DNA of 42,468 bases. Origin: Wenzhouxiangellaceae bacterium. GTDB taxonomy: Bacteria > Pseudomonadota > Gammaproteobacteria > Xanthomonadales > Wenzhouxiangellaceae. The translations under genes were made by a program, and so were the position numbers. The DNA lies in contig DATGCS010000265.1 in the NCBI GenBank assembly GCA_035311685.1, positions 1 through 42,468 on the forward strand. The letters are read 5' to 3'. This document shows positions 1-8,156 of this stretch, piece by piece (the first letter of the stretch is position 1; each line of letters opens with the position of its first letter). The notes below the pieces were generated by a model. It did not search any database. It saw only the letters and a list, made by a program, of their open reading frames with translations, and was not told the DNA's origin.

Positions 1-1056
1 AAGGTCAATCGCGACGACTACGCGAAGAAGATCGCCGAGGACTACGAGGATTACCGCGAGCGGGCGGCCAACAAGAAGAAGCGCAAGCCGCTGATCTCGA
101 TCGACAAGGCGCGCGCGAACGCCTTCGAATTCGACTGGAGCAAGTACAGCGCCGAAAAGCCGCTCAAGCCTGGAATAAACGTTATCGAAGACTGGCCGCT
201 GGAGGACCTGGTCGAGGTCATCGACTGGACGCCGTTCTTCCAGACCTGGGAGCTGGCCGGACGCTATCCCGATATTCTTGAAGATGAAGTCGTCGGAGAG
301 GCCGCCACCAACCTGTTCAACGACGCGCAGGAAATGCTGAAGAAGATCGTCGAAGAGAAATGGCTGCAGCCGAAGGCGGTCTGCGCGCTGGTGCCGGCCA
401 ATCGCGACGGCGACGACATCCTGCTGTACACCGATGAATCGCGCGAAGATGTGCTCGAGCGGATGGTCTGCCTGCGCCAGCAGGCCGACAAGCCGTCGGC
501 CAACCTCTGCCTTGCCGATTTCGTCGCCCCGGCGGACTCGGGTGTCGCCGACTGGGCCGGGATGTTCGCGGTCACCACCGGGCACGGCATCGAAGAGGCC
601 AAGCAGAAGCTTCCGGAAAACGACGACTATTCGGGCATCATGCTGCAGTCGCTCGCCGACCGCTTGGCCGAAGCGCTCGCCGAAGCGCTGCACGCCAAGG
701 TCAGGCGGGAGATCTGGGGCTACGCCGACGACGAGGACCTGAGCAACCAGGACCTGATCAAGGAAAAATACCGCGGCATTCGGCCCGCCCCCGGCTATCC
801 GGCCTGTCCCGACCACAGCGAGAAGGAGAAGATCTTCCGGCTGCTCGACGCCCCGGGCAGGATCGGACTGGAGCTCACCGAGTCCTTCGCGATGCATCCG
901 GCCGCCGCCGTCAGTGGCTACTATTTCGGCCACCCGGACGCGAAGTACTTCGTGGTCGGCAAGCTCGGCCGCGACCAGGTCGAGGATTACGCCAGAAGAA
1001 AGGACATCAGCGTCGAACAGGCCGAGAAATTTCTGCGGCCCAACCTCGACTACTGA
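1..1056 (+). CDS. metH: B12-dependent methionine synthase, C-terminal activation domain (5' partial)
   Basis: Frame 1 is open from base 1 (KVNRDDY...IDWTPFFQTWELAGRYP) to TGA at 1054-1056. Carries the motifs LADRLAEA, YRGIRPAPGYPACPDHSEK and AAVSGYYF. Confidence 0.96.
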   Translation, partial: KVNRDDYAKKIAEDYEDYRERAANKKKRKPLISIDKARANAFEFDWSKYSAEKPLKPGINVIEDWPLEDLVEVIDWTPFFQTWELAGRYPDILEDEVVGEAATNLFNDAQEMLKKIVEEKWLQPKAVCALVPANRDGDDILLYTDESREDVLERMVCLRQQADKPSANLCLADFVAPADSGVADWAGMFAVTTGHGIEEAKQKLPENDDYSGIMLQSLADRLAEALAEALHAKVRREIWGYADDEDLSNQDLIKEKYRGIRPAPGYPACPDHSEKEKIFRLLDAPGRIGLELTESFAMHPAAAVSGYYFGHPDAKYFVVGKLGRDQVEDYARRKDISVEQAEKFLRPNLDY

Positions 1057-1063
1057 TCATGCG

Positions 1064-1087
1064 GGAAGGCCTCCCGTCGGGCCTTCC
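1064..1087. terminator. GC-rich hairpin between convergent metH and mddA-like gene
   Basis: GGAAGGCC-N8-GGCCTTCC just after the metH stop; no strong U-tract. Confidence 0.45.
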
Positions 1088-1117
1088 GTTGCGACGATTC
1101 GCGATCGAGCGGAGGTG

Positions 1118-1933
1118 TCAGCCCGAGTCCTGCACATCGCCCGTCGACCGCGCACCGGCCAGCGGCTTGAAGCCTGGCAAAAGCATTGGAACGGATTTTC
1201 GATAATCGGCATAATCGCGCCCGAGATAGTGTAGAAGGTCACGCTCCTCGAACCCTATGGCAATCAGGATATAGCCGGTCATGGCGGCGGCGAAAAGAAA
1301 GTGCCCAACGCTCATGGTCGGTCCGCCCCAGAACGCAAGCAGGAACCCCAGGTAGAGCGGATGGCGCACAAGGCGATAGAGCAGCGGCGTCTTGAATGCC
1401 GGTGCCGTCGGCGTTCGATCGCGGAACTGCGCCCAGACCTGCTTGAGCCCGAACAGGTCAAAGTGGTCGATCAGGAAAGTCGCCACAAGCACCATGCCGA
1501 ATCCGGCAGCGAAGACGGCCCAGCCGAGACCGGCCGTCAAATTCGAGTCTGCCGACCAGACCACGCCCGGTATCGGGCGCCATTGCCAGAACATCAGCAT
1601 CAGGATCGAACTCGCCAGGAGCACGTAGACGCTGCGCTCGGCAGATGCCGGCAAGAAGCGCTTCAACCATCGCTTGAAGCCGATTCGGGCCATCACGGAG
1701 TGCTGCAATCCGAAAATCATCACCAGGCCGATATCTATCGCAACCGCGAGCGCGAGCGGACCGGTTGCGCGTCCCATATCGATCGAGTGCGGCACCAGCT
1801 CCGACAGCCACGGTGCCCAATCGGCCAGCGCGGTGCGCTGGAGGTTGCCGACGAAGGCGACCAGGTACAGGAACGTGGCCAGGAAAACCGCGTAGGAAAA
1901 AACGCCGAACAGAAGAATCGAGGATCGTTTCAT
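1118..1933 (-). CDS. mddA: Methanethiol S-methyltransferase-like membrane protein (ICMT/NnrU family)
   Basis: Multi-TM 271 aa protein with LQHSVMAR, ERSVYVL, FWQWRPI, IDHFDLFGL, LYRLVRHPLYLGF and EERDL...YRKSVPMLLP motifs typical of MddA. Confidence 0.82.
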   Translation of the reverse strand: MKRSSILLFGVFSYAVFLATFLYLVAFVGNLQRTALADWAPWLSELVPHSIDMGRATGPLALAVAIDIGLVMIFGLQHSVMARIGFKRWLKRFLPASAERSVYVLLASSILMLMFWQWRPIPGVVWSADSNLTAGLGWAVFAAGFGMVLVATFLIDHFDLFGLKQVWAQFRDRTPTAPAFKTPLLYRLVRHPLYLGFLLAFWGGPTMSVGHFLFAAAMTGYILIAIGFEERDLLHYLGRDYADYRKSVPMLLPGFKPLAGARSTGDVQDSG

Positions 1934-2039
1934 TGCATTTCACCTTCGAACAGTACCTTGAGAACTGTCATTTCACCGCAGTTCGGTACCCGTTCGCCAT
2001 GAGATAAACGGCTCAATTCGATCTTTCGGACGGATCCAT

Positions 2040-2057
2040 CCGGGACATTTGTCCCGG
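2040..2057. promoter_or_regulatory. 18-bp palindrome upstream of mddA, candidate operator
   Basis: CCGGGACA-TT-TGTCCCGG. The 2-nt spacer favours a DNA-binding site over a terminator. Confidence 0.45.
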
Positions 2058-2064
2058 TCATTGA

Positions 2065-3123
2065 TCACCTTTTCGGCTCGCCGCCGTGGGCAATCACAAG
2101 GGCCTGGGTTCGACTGTGCACGCCAAGCTTTCGATACAGATGGGACAGGTGGTTGCGTACGGTTTTTTCGCTGATATGAAGACTGTCGGCAATATCGGCG
2201 TTGTGCAGTCCCCGGCCGAGATGCCCGAGTATCTGTCTTTCGCGCGGGGTCAGGTTCGATAGTGCGTCCGCGCGCCCGTCGCACTCCCCAACCCCGGTGA
2301 ACTCGGTAACGGCTCTCCGGAATTCGGCCCAGGCGGGCTCATCACGAAGAAGGATATGGTTGCATGAATCCAGCTCGATGAAACCCGCATCGGGAATGTT
2401 CGACGCCAGGTACTGGCCCTCCGAAAACGGAATAACCTCGTCGCGACGACCGTGCACGACCAGGGTCGGCACGCGCACCTGCCCCAGGATTCCGCTGATG
2501 TCGACGTCTCCGCGAGCATCGAGCAGGCGGACGGCCATTTCGGGCTCTGCGGTTCTCCTGCAAAGCTCGTTGAACCAGTCAAGCTGCTCGTGGCTTCCTT
2601 CCGGAATGAAGCGCCCGGTGAATGCCTGGCGGAACACAGGATTGTCCTTGCCCCACCCCAATCGGATCATCTGCATGACGGCCGAATAGTGGTCTTTCTG
2701 GTCGTCGCCGCGCAGCTTCCAGCCCCGCGCGTAGCCGCCGTAAAGAATCAACCGTGAAACGCGCTCGGGGTGCGCTACCGCATACCGGACCGCAGTGACC
2801 GCCCCTTGCGATATGCCGAGCAGTACCATCGGAGAACGGATTCTGGCGGCCTCGACGACGCACTCGAGATCGGGCAGCCAATGGCGTTGGGAAATGTCGG
2901 CAACCGCCCGCTGCGACATCCCGCATCCACGCTCGTCGAATCGCACCAGGGCGTAATTGGCGCCCAGAAACTCCATCCAGTGCCGCCACGCCGGGCTGTC
3001 CCAGTCATGTTTCAGGTGGGTCAGCCAGTTCGACGCCTTGACCAGCGGGGGACCGCTGCCACACCGGGCCCACGCCAGGCGCACGCCGTCCGCCGAAGTC
3101 GTGAGATGAATTTGTTGACGCAT
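2065..3123 (-). CDS. Alpha/beta-hydrolase-fold + LuxR-HTH transcriptional regulator
   Basis: Start set at MRQQIHLTTSADG. Nucleophile GISQG, acid HGRRD, His in CNHILL; C-terminal LTPRERQIL...ISEKTVRNHLSHLYRKLGV LuxR HTH. Confidence 0.88.
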   Translation of the reverse strand: MRQQIHLTTSADGVRLAWARCGSGPPLVKASNWLTHLKHDWDSPAWRHWMEFLGANYALVRFDERGCGMSQRAVADISQRHWLPDLECVVEAARIRSPMVLLGISQGAVTAVRYAVAHPERVSRLILYGGYARGWKLRGDDQKDHYSAVMQMIRLGWGKDNPVFRQAFTGRFIPEGSHEQLDWFNELCRRTAEPEMAVRLLDARGDVDISGILGQVRVPTLVVHGRRDEVIPFSEGQYLASNIPDAGFIELDSCNHILLRDEPAWAEFRRAVTEFTGVGECDGRADALSNLTPRERQILGHLGRGLHNADIADSLHISEKTVRNHLSHLYRKLGVHSRTQALVIAHGGEPKR

Positions 3124-3246
3124 CGCAAGACTCCCGACCCGCATGGCCGTCGATCCCGGCGGCGCGGGTCTGAATGCGGGACATGAGCCAATGCCCGCTG
3201 AACTCAATTTTGCAGAAATCGAGCTCGCATGCAACCCGTCAAGGGA

Positions 3247-3780
3247 TCATTGCATGCCCGCGTCCGACGTGGCGCGCTCGATCACGCCGCAGGCAATCCG
3301 CGGGCCCGCCGCGCCGGCGGGATTGGTCACGTAGTCGTCAGGGCCTTCGTGGATGACGACCGAGGCGCCATCGGCATCGAACAAGCGCTCGTCGAGCCGG
3401 ACGCTGTCGTTGAAGATCTCGATATTGACCATTCCGGAGGCAGGAACATGGATGTTGGGCATGTCGCCGGCATGGCGCCCGTCGGCGTCCATCAGCCCGT
3501 GATCGGAAGAATCCGGGTTGAAGTGCCCACCGGCCGACTTGAACGGCGGGACGCACTCGCCGGTTTCGTGCACATGGAAGGCATGAATGCCCGCCGGGAG
3601 GAACGCCAGTCGGGCGTGCAGCATGCTGCCGAAGGGAGACGGGCGAAATTCCACCGTGCCGACCGCCTCGCCGTCTGGATTGTGCATACGTGCGATCGCA
3701 CCATCGGCTGCGCGCACCTGGAAGGCGCACACTGCCAGCACCACCGCGAGGATTGAATAAGTGATCTTGAGTCCGTTCAT
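3247..3780 (-). CDS. sodC: Periplasmic Cu/Zn superoxide dismutase
   Basis: Signal peptide; HAFHVH, GGHFNP, HAGD, VIH and GPRIACGVI motifs; GGAG RBS. Confidence 0.95.
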   Translation of the reverse strand: MNGLKITYSILAVVLAVCAFQVRAADGAIARMHNPDGEAVGTVEFRPSPFGSMLHARLAFLPAGIHAFHVHETGECVPPFKSAGGHFNPDSSDHGLMDADGRHAGDMPNIHVPASGMVNIEIFNDSVRLDERLFDADGASVVIHEGPDDYVTNPAGAAGPRIACGVIERATSDAGMQ

Positions 3781-3823
3781 CCCGTCACTCCTGATTTTTG
3801 TCGAAATTGCGCTTTCAGTCTAA

Positions 3824-3838
3824 CGCAACAATGTTGCG
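3824..3838. promoter_or_regulatory. Inverted repeat in the sodC divergent intergenic region
   Basis: CGCAACA-A-TGTTGCG. Confidence 0.35.
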
Positions 3839-3962
3839 CGGAAATCATTGCAGCACCTTGATTCGGGTCGTGGTCGACCCGAGCTTCTTTAATACGTGAG
3901 GACACAACCTCGTGGCGCCGTTAAATCGGGATCGGAAGGCGCTGCGGTGAGGAGATCGAGCC

Positions 3963-4607
3963 ATGGATCGCAACGATCGGATCATCTCGGCGCTTCTCGA
4001 GCGCTACGGCCGAACCTTTACCGAGGAATTGGGTATCGAGGTGCAGGACAACACCCCTGCGCCGCTTTTCCAGGCGCTTTGCCTGTCGCTTCTGTTCAGC
4101 GCGCGAATTCGCGCCTCGATTGCAGTCGCGGCCATGCGAGCATTGCTTGACGCCGGCTGGACGACTGCCGAACACATGGCGCGCGCAAGTTGGGAAGCGC
4201 GGACGCAAGCCCTCAACGAGGCCGGCTACGCACGTTTCGACGAAAAGACTTCAACCATGCTGGGCGAGGCTTCCCATGTGTTGATAGAACGCTACGGCGG
4301 CGACCTTCGCCGGCTGCGTCGCGAAGCGGACGAGAAACCGCCTGAAGAACGGCGCCTGCTCAAGCAGATCAAGGGCCTGGGCGATGTCGGCGTGGATATT
4401 TTCTTCCGCGATGTCCAGGCTGCATGGCCTGAACTGCGCCCGTTTGCCGACCGCAAGTCGCTTGAGGGCGCGCGCAAACTGGGACTGCCGGCAAGCACGG
4501 CGCCACTCAGCAAGCTGGTCACAGAACGCGATTTCCCGCGACTCGTGACCGCCCTGGTGCGAATGGAACTCGCCGGCGAGGCGGACGAAGTGCTGGCTGC
4601 AGCCTGA
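3963..4607 (+). CDS. HhH-GPD/endonuclease III-like fold protein of unknown function
   Basis: GAGGAG RBS; HhH-like LKQIKGLGDVGVDIF; N-terminal LFQALCLSLLFSARI resembles the glycosylase helix; no Fe-S cysteine cluster. Confidence 0.6.
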   Translation: MDRNDRIISALLERYGRTFTEELGIEVQDNTPAPLFQALCLSLLFSARIRASIAVAAMRALLDAGWTTAEHMARASWEARTQALNEAGYARFDEKTSTMLGEASHVLIERYGGDLRRLRREADEKPPEERRLLKQIKGLGDVGVDIFFRDVQAAWPELRPFADRKSLEGARKLGLPASTAPLSKLVTERDFPRLVTALVRMELAGEADEVLAAA

Positions 4608-4619
4608 ATCGGTACCGGT

Positions 4620-6452
4620 TCAGTCGCCTGCCTGGGCTGCAGAACGCATGATCTCGTCGACGCCGCTACGATCGCCGGTAAGCTGCCAATGGATCAGGGA
4701 CATTGGAATCAGTCCCGCCGCATTGAACTGTTCAAAGAAATCCGCTATCTCAAATTCCTCACCCTGCTCCAGCTTCTGCCTGGCGAAAACGCTGATCATC
4801 TCGTCGAGCTGGTACTTGCCCGTCACGTAGCTGGTGCCATATCCCGGCTGGCGAAGATAGAGTTGCTGTTCGAACGCCAGCAGGTTCATGTGGTCGCTAT
4901 AGCCGTCGTCGCCGTCCATCCCGAAATGACCTGCATCGATGTTTTCGAGATCGCGATTCATCCACTGGCGCGGCGTCCACCGGGCATGGAATTCAGCCGC
5001 CTCGGTCATGGTCTTGCGGTTGGCCTGGGCATCCAGTGATCCAAGCCCGCGCGCCGCGCGCTGCGCCAGCAGGATCCACACGATCTCGCGCGCCCGGCGA
5101 TGTTCGTCGTGAAGACCTGCGTGCATCGTCAACTCTTCGAAACCGGTCGCCATGCCTTCGGCGCGACTGGTGAAGATGTTGAACAACAGCGGCGACCGGC
5201 GAAGCGGACTCGCGTGCGGCTCCTCGCGCATTCGGGCCAGGTCGAACCAGTGATAGAAATGGGTATAGAGCGGGGTCGGGTCGAGGTGCGAGCCGATGGT
5301 AAAGAAATTGCGCTGCTCCGGCCGAACGTACTGGCCCAGCTGCTCGCGCAGTGCTGCATCCATCCAGGGCTCCACGCGAAGGATATTCTCCCGCGCCAGG
5401 AAATTCATCAGCCGATCGGCCGACGCCTCGGCCAGTTGGTCGTAGCCAGCCGGACTCGAGACCGGCTCGAGTTCCGGCAAATGCCGATTGCGATGTTCCT
5501 CCAGCTTCAGCGCCGACCATGCCCGGTGCAGTTCGCGTTGCAGGATTCGCCGCTCGTGGTGCCAGGTCAACGGCACATACCAGACCTGTTGCAGGTGCCA
5601 GTTGTATTCCTGGATGCTGATGCCCGACCAACCGTTCTTGTTCGGAGCCTGATCCTCCAGCCAGACGACGAAGTCCTCGGTGGCGTTGATGGCCTCGGCT
5701 ACGGCCGCGACCAGTTCCGGAACCACGCCCGCGGCCAGCCGGCCGCGCAATGCGCGAAGATCGTCCGCCTGCTGGCGCAGATTGTAGATGCCGCTCAACC
5801 ACAGATCACGTGCATTGCCGGTCAGATTGCCGCGGGCCTGCGCCAGCAGCGGCGGAATGACGCGAAGATCGTCAGTCAACCGCTGCTGCTCAGTCTCACG
5901 CAAGGGGAATTCATAGGTCCAGAGTTCCAACAGATGGTGATGCGTTGGTCCCTCGTGCGCGGGGGTGTCGCTTTGATACGTCCAGACGGTCTGGTAGAAG
6001 GCCGGATCTCGCGCCCATGGCCGGAGAATTCGCTGGTGAAAGTCCAGGCCGTTGATTTCGGCACGCAGCAGGTGCCAGTCGATCTGGCGTTCGACGGGCC
6101 AGTCGGAAATATCGATGGCCCGGAGACGCCGCCTGAAATCCGCGATTCCTTCGCGTACCGCCTGCATGCGCGTCCGGGTATACGAAGGCGCACCGTTTTC
6201 AAGCGGCGGATGCTCGAACTCCCGCCATTCGCCAAACAGGGCGACGAGCCGCTGGTATCCGGGTGCCTCACCGCTCATTGCCTGATCTCCCTGCGCCCCG
6301 ACGCTGAAAAGACATGCCGCGCACGCGAGCGCGGTCGCTGCTGGCAATCGGCCAATGGCACTGGTTACGATAGCGCTCGTGGAGGCCCGCCTGCGGGAAA
6401 GGTAGTCGACGGCCCATCGAATCATTGCACGTGCTCCGGTTTTACCCGACAT
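4620..6452 (-). CDS. DUF885-family exported protein (start uncertain)
   Basis: 610 aa with a hydrophobic signal-like stretch; C-terminal EGMATGFEE, QRAAR, YLRQPGYGTSYVTGK and GLIPMSLI resemble DUF885. Confidence 0.7.
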   Translation of the reverse strand: MSGKTGARAMIRWAVDYLSRRRASTSAIVTSAIGRLPAATALACAACLFSVGAQGDQAMSGEAPGYQRLVALFGEWREFEHPPLENGAPSYTRTRMQAVREGIADFRRRLRAIDISDWPVERQIDWHLLRAEINGLDFHQRILRPWARDPAFYQTVWTYQSDTPAHEGPTHHHLLELWTYEFPLRETEQQRLTDDLRVIPPLLAQARGNLTGNARDLWLSGIYNLRQQADDLRALRGRLAAGVVPELVAAVAEAINATEDFVVWLEDQAPNKNGWSGISIQEYNWHLQQVWYVPLTWHHERRILQRELHRAWSALKLEEHRNRHLPELEPVSSPAGYDQLAEASADRLMNFLARENILRVEPWMDAALREQLGQYVRPEQRNFFTIGSHLDPTPLYTHFYHWFDLARMREEPHASPLRRSPLLFNIFTSRAEGMATGFEELTMHAGLHDEHRRAREIVWILLAQRAARGLGSLDAQANRKTMTEAAEFHARWTPRQWMNRDLENIDAGHFGMDGDDGYSDHMNLLAFEQQLYLRQPGYGTSYVTGKYQLDEMISVFARQKLEQGEEFEIADFFEQFNAAGLIPMSLIHWQLTGDRSGVDEIMRSAAQAGD

Positions 6453-6487
6453 TATCGACCGATCCGCTGCCGTCGGCGCGTTGCCAA

Positions 6488-7642
6488 TCAGAATTTCCAG
6501 GTGGTGCGCAGGCGAACGTCGCGGTCGCGCTGGAGGAATTCAGCGCCGGCCAGACGATCCAGTTCGCGACGCCAGCGAGCGCGGAACTCGAACCGCAGCG
6601 CCGAGGAATACTTGAACTGCCAGCGGAACTCGGCCAGCTCGTTGTTCTGGCGGAAATCGTTCGAGATCAGCCACCCGGCATCTGCCCGGCCGTAATTCAG
6701 ACCAATGGTGTGGCGCGGAAAGACGTCGACCAGGTCGGCGCCCAGCTGCCAACCCCAGCCATCGGCGTCGCCGGTGCCCGGAAGCCCAACCGCAAAACGT
6801 TCCGGCGTCTCGAATGCCTGTCCGATCTCGCCGACAGCCACCAGGCGTCGGCTGGAATCGCCCAGGTCCCAGCCCGCGCCCAGCTTGAAGGTGGCCGTCA
6901 CGTAGTCCTCCCGCAGCGCACTGGCGAGGCCCGCGGGCGCGAGCGCGTCGGGATAAACCGTCACGGCCAGCGCGCGCATGAACACCGGACCGACCTCCGC
7001 ATCGCTGCCGAGGATGCCGAAAAAGCCGACTCGCGCGTCGCTGTCGTCGAAGGTAAGCGGCCCTCGCGTGGCCTGGCCGTTGCCGTCGCGCCCGTTGTAC
7101 TGCGCAAGAAGCTCGCCGTACCAGCCGCGCCCGAGCTGCTGACGGAACGCGATCGCATCGGTCCAGCCGATATTCAGGCTGCTGGCCTGGCTCCGGTCCA
7201 GGCTTCGCGTAGCCATCTGCGGCAGGTCGAGATTGCTCTGCATACGGCCGAAGCGCCATTGGGAACCCGAATCCGCCGATTCGCACTGGACGAAGAACTC
7301 GTCGAATGTTGCGGTACCTGGATTCACCTGCGTACCGGTGTCGCGGTTGGTCCGGATATAGAAATCCCAGTCGTTGCCCTGATCGGCGGCGGTGGCCGCA
7401 AAGCGCGTCTGGAATCGGCAGTTTTCGCCGACGTCCCGCTTGAGCCTCAACCGAAACCTGGACCCATAGGAGGCATTGTCGTCGGTACCGCCCGAGCGCG
7501 TGTCGCGCCAGTTCTCGGCGTACAGATTGAAGCGAAGGTCGCCGCTGATATCCCAGGCGCTTTCTTCGGCGGCCGTCGCAGCGCCCGCCACCGAAACGCC
7601 TGCGAGGAATCCGCAGGCAACAATGGATTGAAGTTTCTTCAT
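6488..7642 (-). CDS. Putative outer-membrane porin/beta-barrel
   Basis: Signal peptide, ISGDLRF...SRFRLRL N-terminal strands, amphipathic beta pattern, C-terminal RLRTTWKF beta-signal; GAGGA RBS. Confidence 0.72.
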   Translation of the reverse strand: MKKLQSIVACGFLAGVSVAGAATAAEESAWDISGDLRFNLYAENWRDTRSGGTDDNASYGSRFRLRLKRDVGENCRFQTRFAATAADQGNDWDFYIRTNRDTGTQVNPGTATFDEFFVQCESADSGSQWRFGRMQSNLDLPQMATRSLDRSQASSLNIGWTDAIAFRQQLGRGWYGELLAQYNGRDGNGQATRGPLTFDDSDARVGFFGILGSDAEVGPVFMRALAVTVYPDALAPAGLASALREDYVTATFKLGAGWDLGDSSRRLVAVGEIGQAFETPERFAVGLPGTGDADGWGWQLGADLVDVFPRHTIGLNYGRADAGWLISNDFRQNNELAEFRWQFKYSSALRFEFRARWRRELDRLAGAEFLQRDRDVRLRTTWKF

Positions 7643-7672
7643 CGAAATTGCCGTCCTCGGGAATTTGCCGGA

Positions 7673-7706
7673 AGACTATTACACTTTTATGGCGCTTTTG
7701 TTACAT
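7673..7706 (-). promoter_or_regulatory. PHO-box-like tandem 11-bp repeats plus -10 element
   Basis: Minus strand reads ATGTAACAAAA-GCGCCATAAAA-GTGTAAT (consensus unit CTGTCAT-AAAA). TAGTCT lies 10 nt after the second heptamer. Confidence 0.55.
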
Positions 7707-7746
7707 GTCGGCAATGAATTCGGCGCAACGCGCCATTCCCGGGCAG

Positions 7747-8109
7747 TCATTCCCCTCGCTTTCCGAGGTCGCCGGAAACATTTGGATGCACGGCGCCGGA
7801 AACGCCTCCGATCAGTACGACTCCGACAACGATAAATGCAATCCCCACCACGGCCCAGGCGTCCAGGCGCTCGCCGAATACCAGCCAGCCCGAAACCGCA
7901 ATCAGCACCATCCCCAGCGCGGCCCAGATGGCGTACGCAATCCCGACCGGAAGGCTTTTGAGCGACAGCCCCAGGAAAAGGAATGCCGCCAGATAGCCAA
8001 GCACGACGATCACGACCGGCCACGGTCGGGTAAATCCTTCGGCCGCCTTCAAGGCGGTGGTGCCGGCAACCTCGAACAGGATCGCGAGCGCCAGGTATAT
8101 CCAGTGCAT
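7747..8109 (-). CDS. SMR-family (EmrE/QacE-like) efflux transporter
   Basis: WIYLALAILFEVAGTTALK with the conserved TM1 Glu, PVGIAYAIW, four TM helices. Confidence 0.92.
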   Translation of the reverse strand: MHWIYLALAILFEVAGTTALKAAEGFTRPWPVVIVVLGYLAAFLFLGLSLKSLPVGIAYAIWAALGMVLIAVSGWLVFGERLDAWAVVGIAFIVVGVVLIGGVSGAVHPNVSGDLGKRGE

Positions 8110-8126
8110 TTTTCTCCCCGTAATAT

Positions 8127-8148
8127 CGACCGGGCACGTGCCCGGTCG
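8127..8148 (-). terminator. Perfect 22-bp palindrome between TBDR and SMR genes (terminator/stabiliser hairpin)
   Basis: CGACCGGGCACGTGCCCGGTCG, followed on the minus strand by ATATTA and then the GGGGAG RBS. Confidence 0.5.
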
Positions 8149-8156
8149 GTTCCCGT

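Noticed and set aside
5100-6695. 531-aa + strand ORF
   Set aside because: Antisense shadow of the DUF885 and porin genes, with no recognisable motifs; expected from high-GC codon bias.
8127-8148. Possible guanidine-II (mini-ykkC) riboswitch before the SMR gene
   Set aside because: Only one hairpin and the loop is ACGU; the riboswitch needs two ACGR-loop hairpins. The SMR also looks EmrE/Qac-like rather than Gdx-like.
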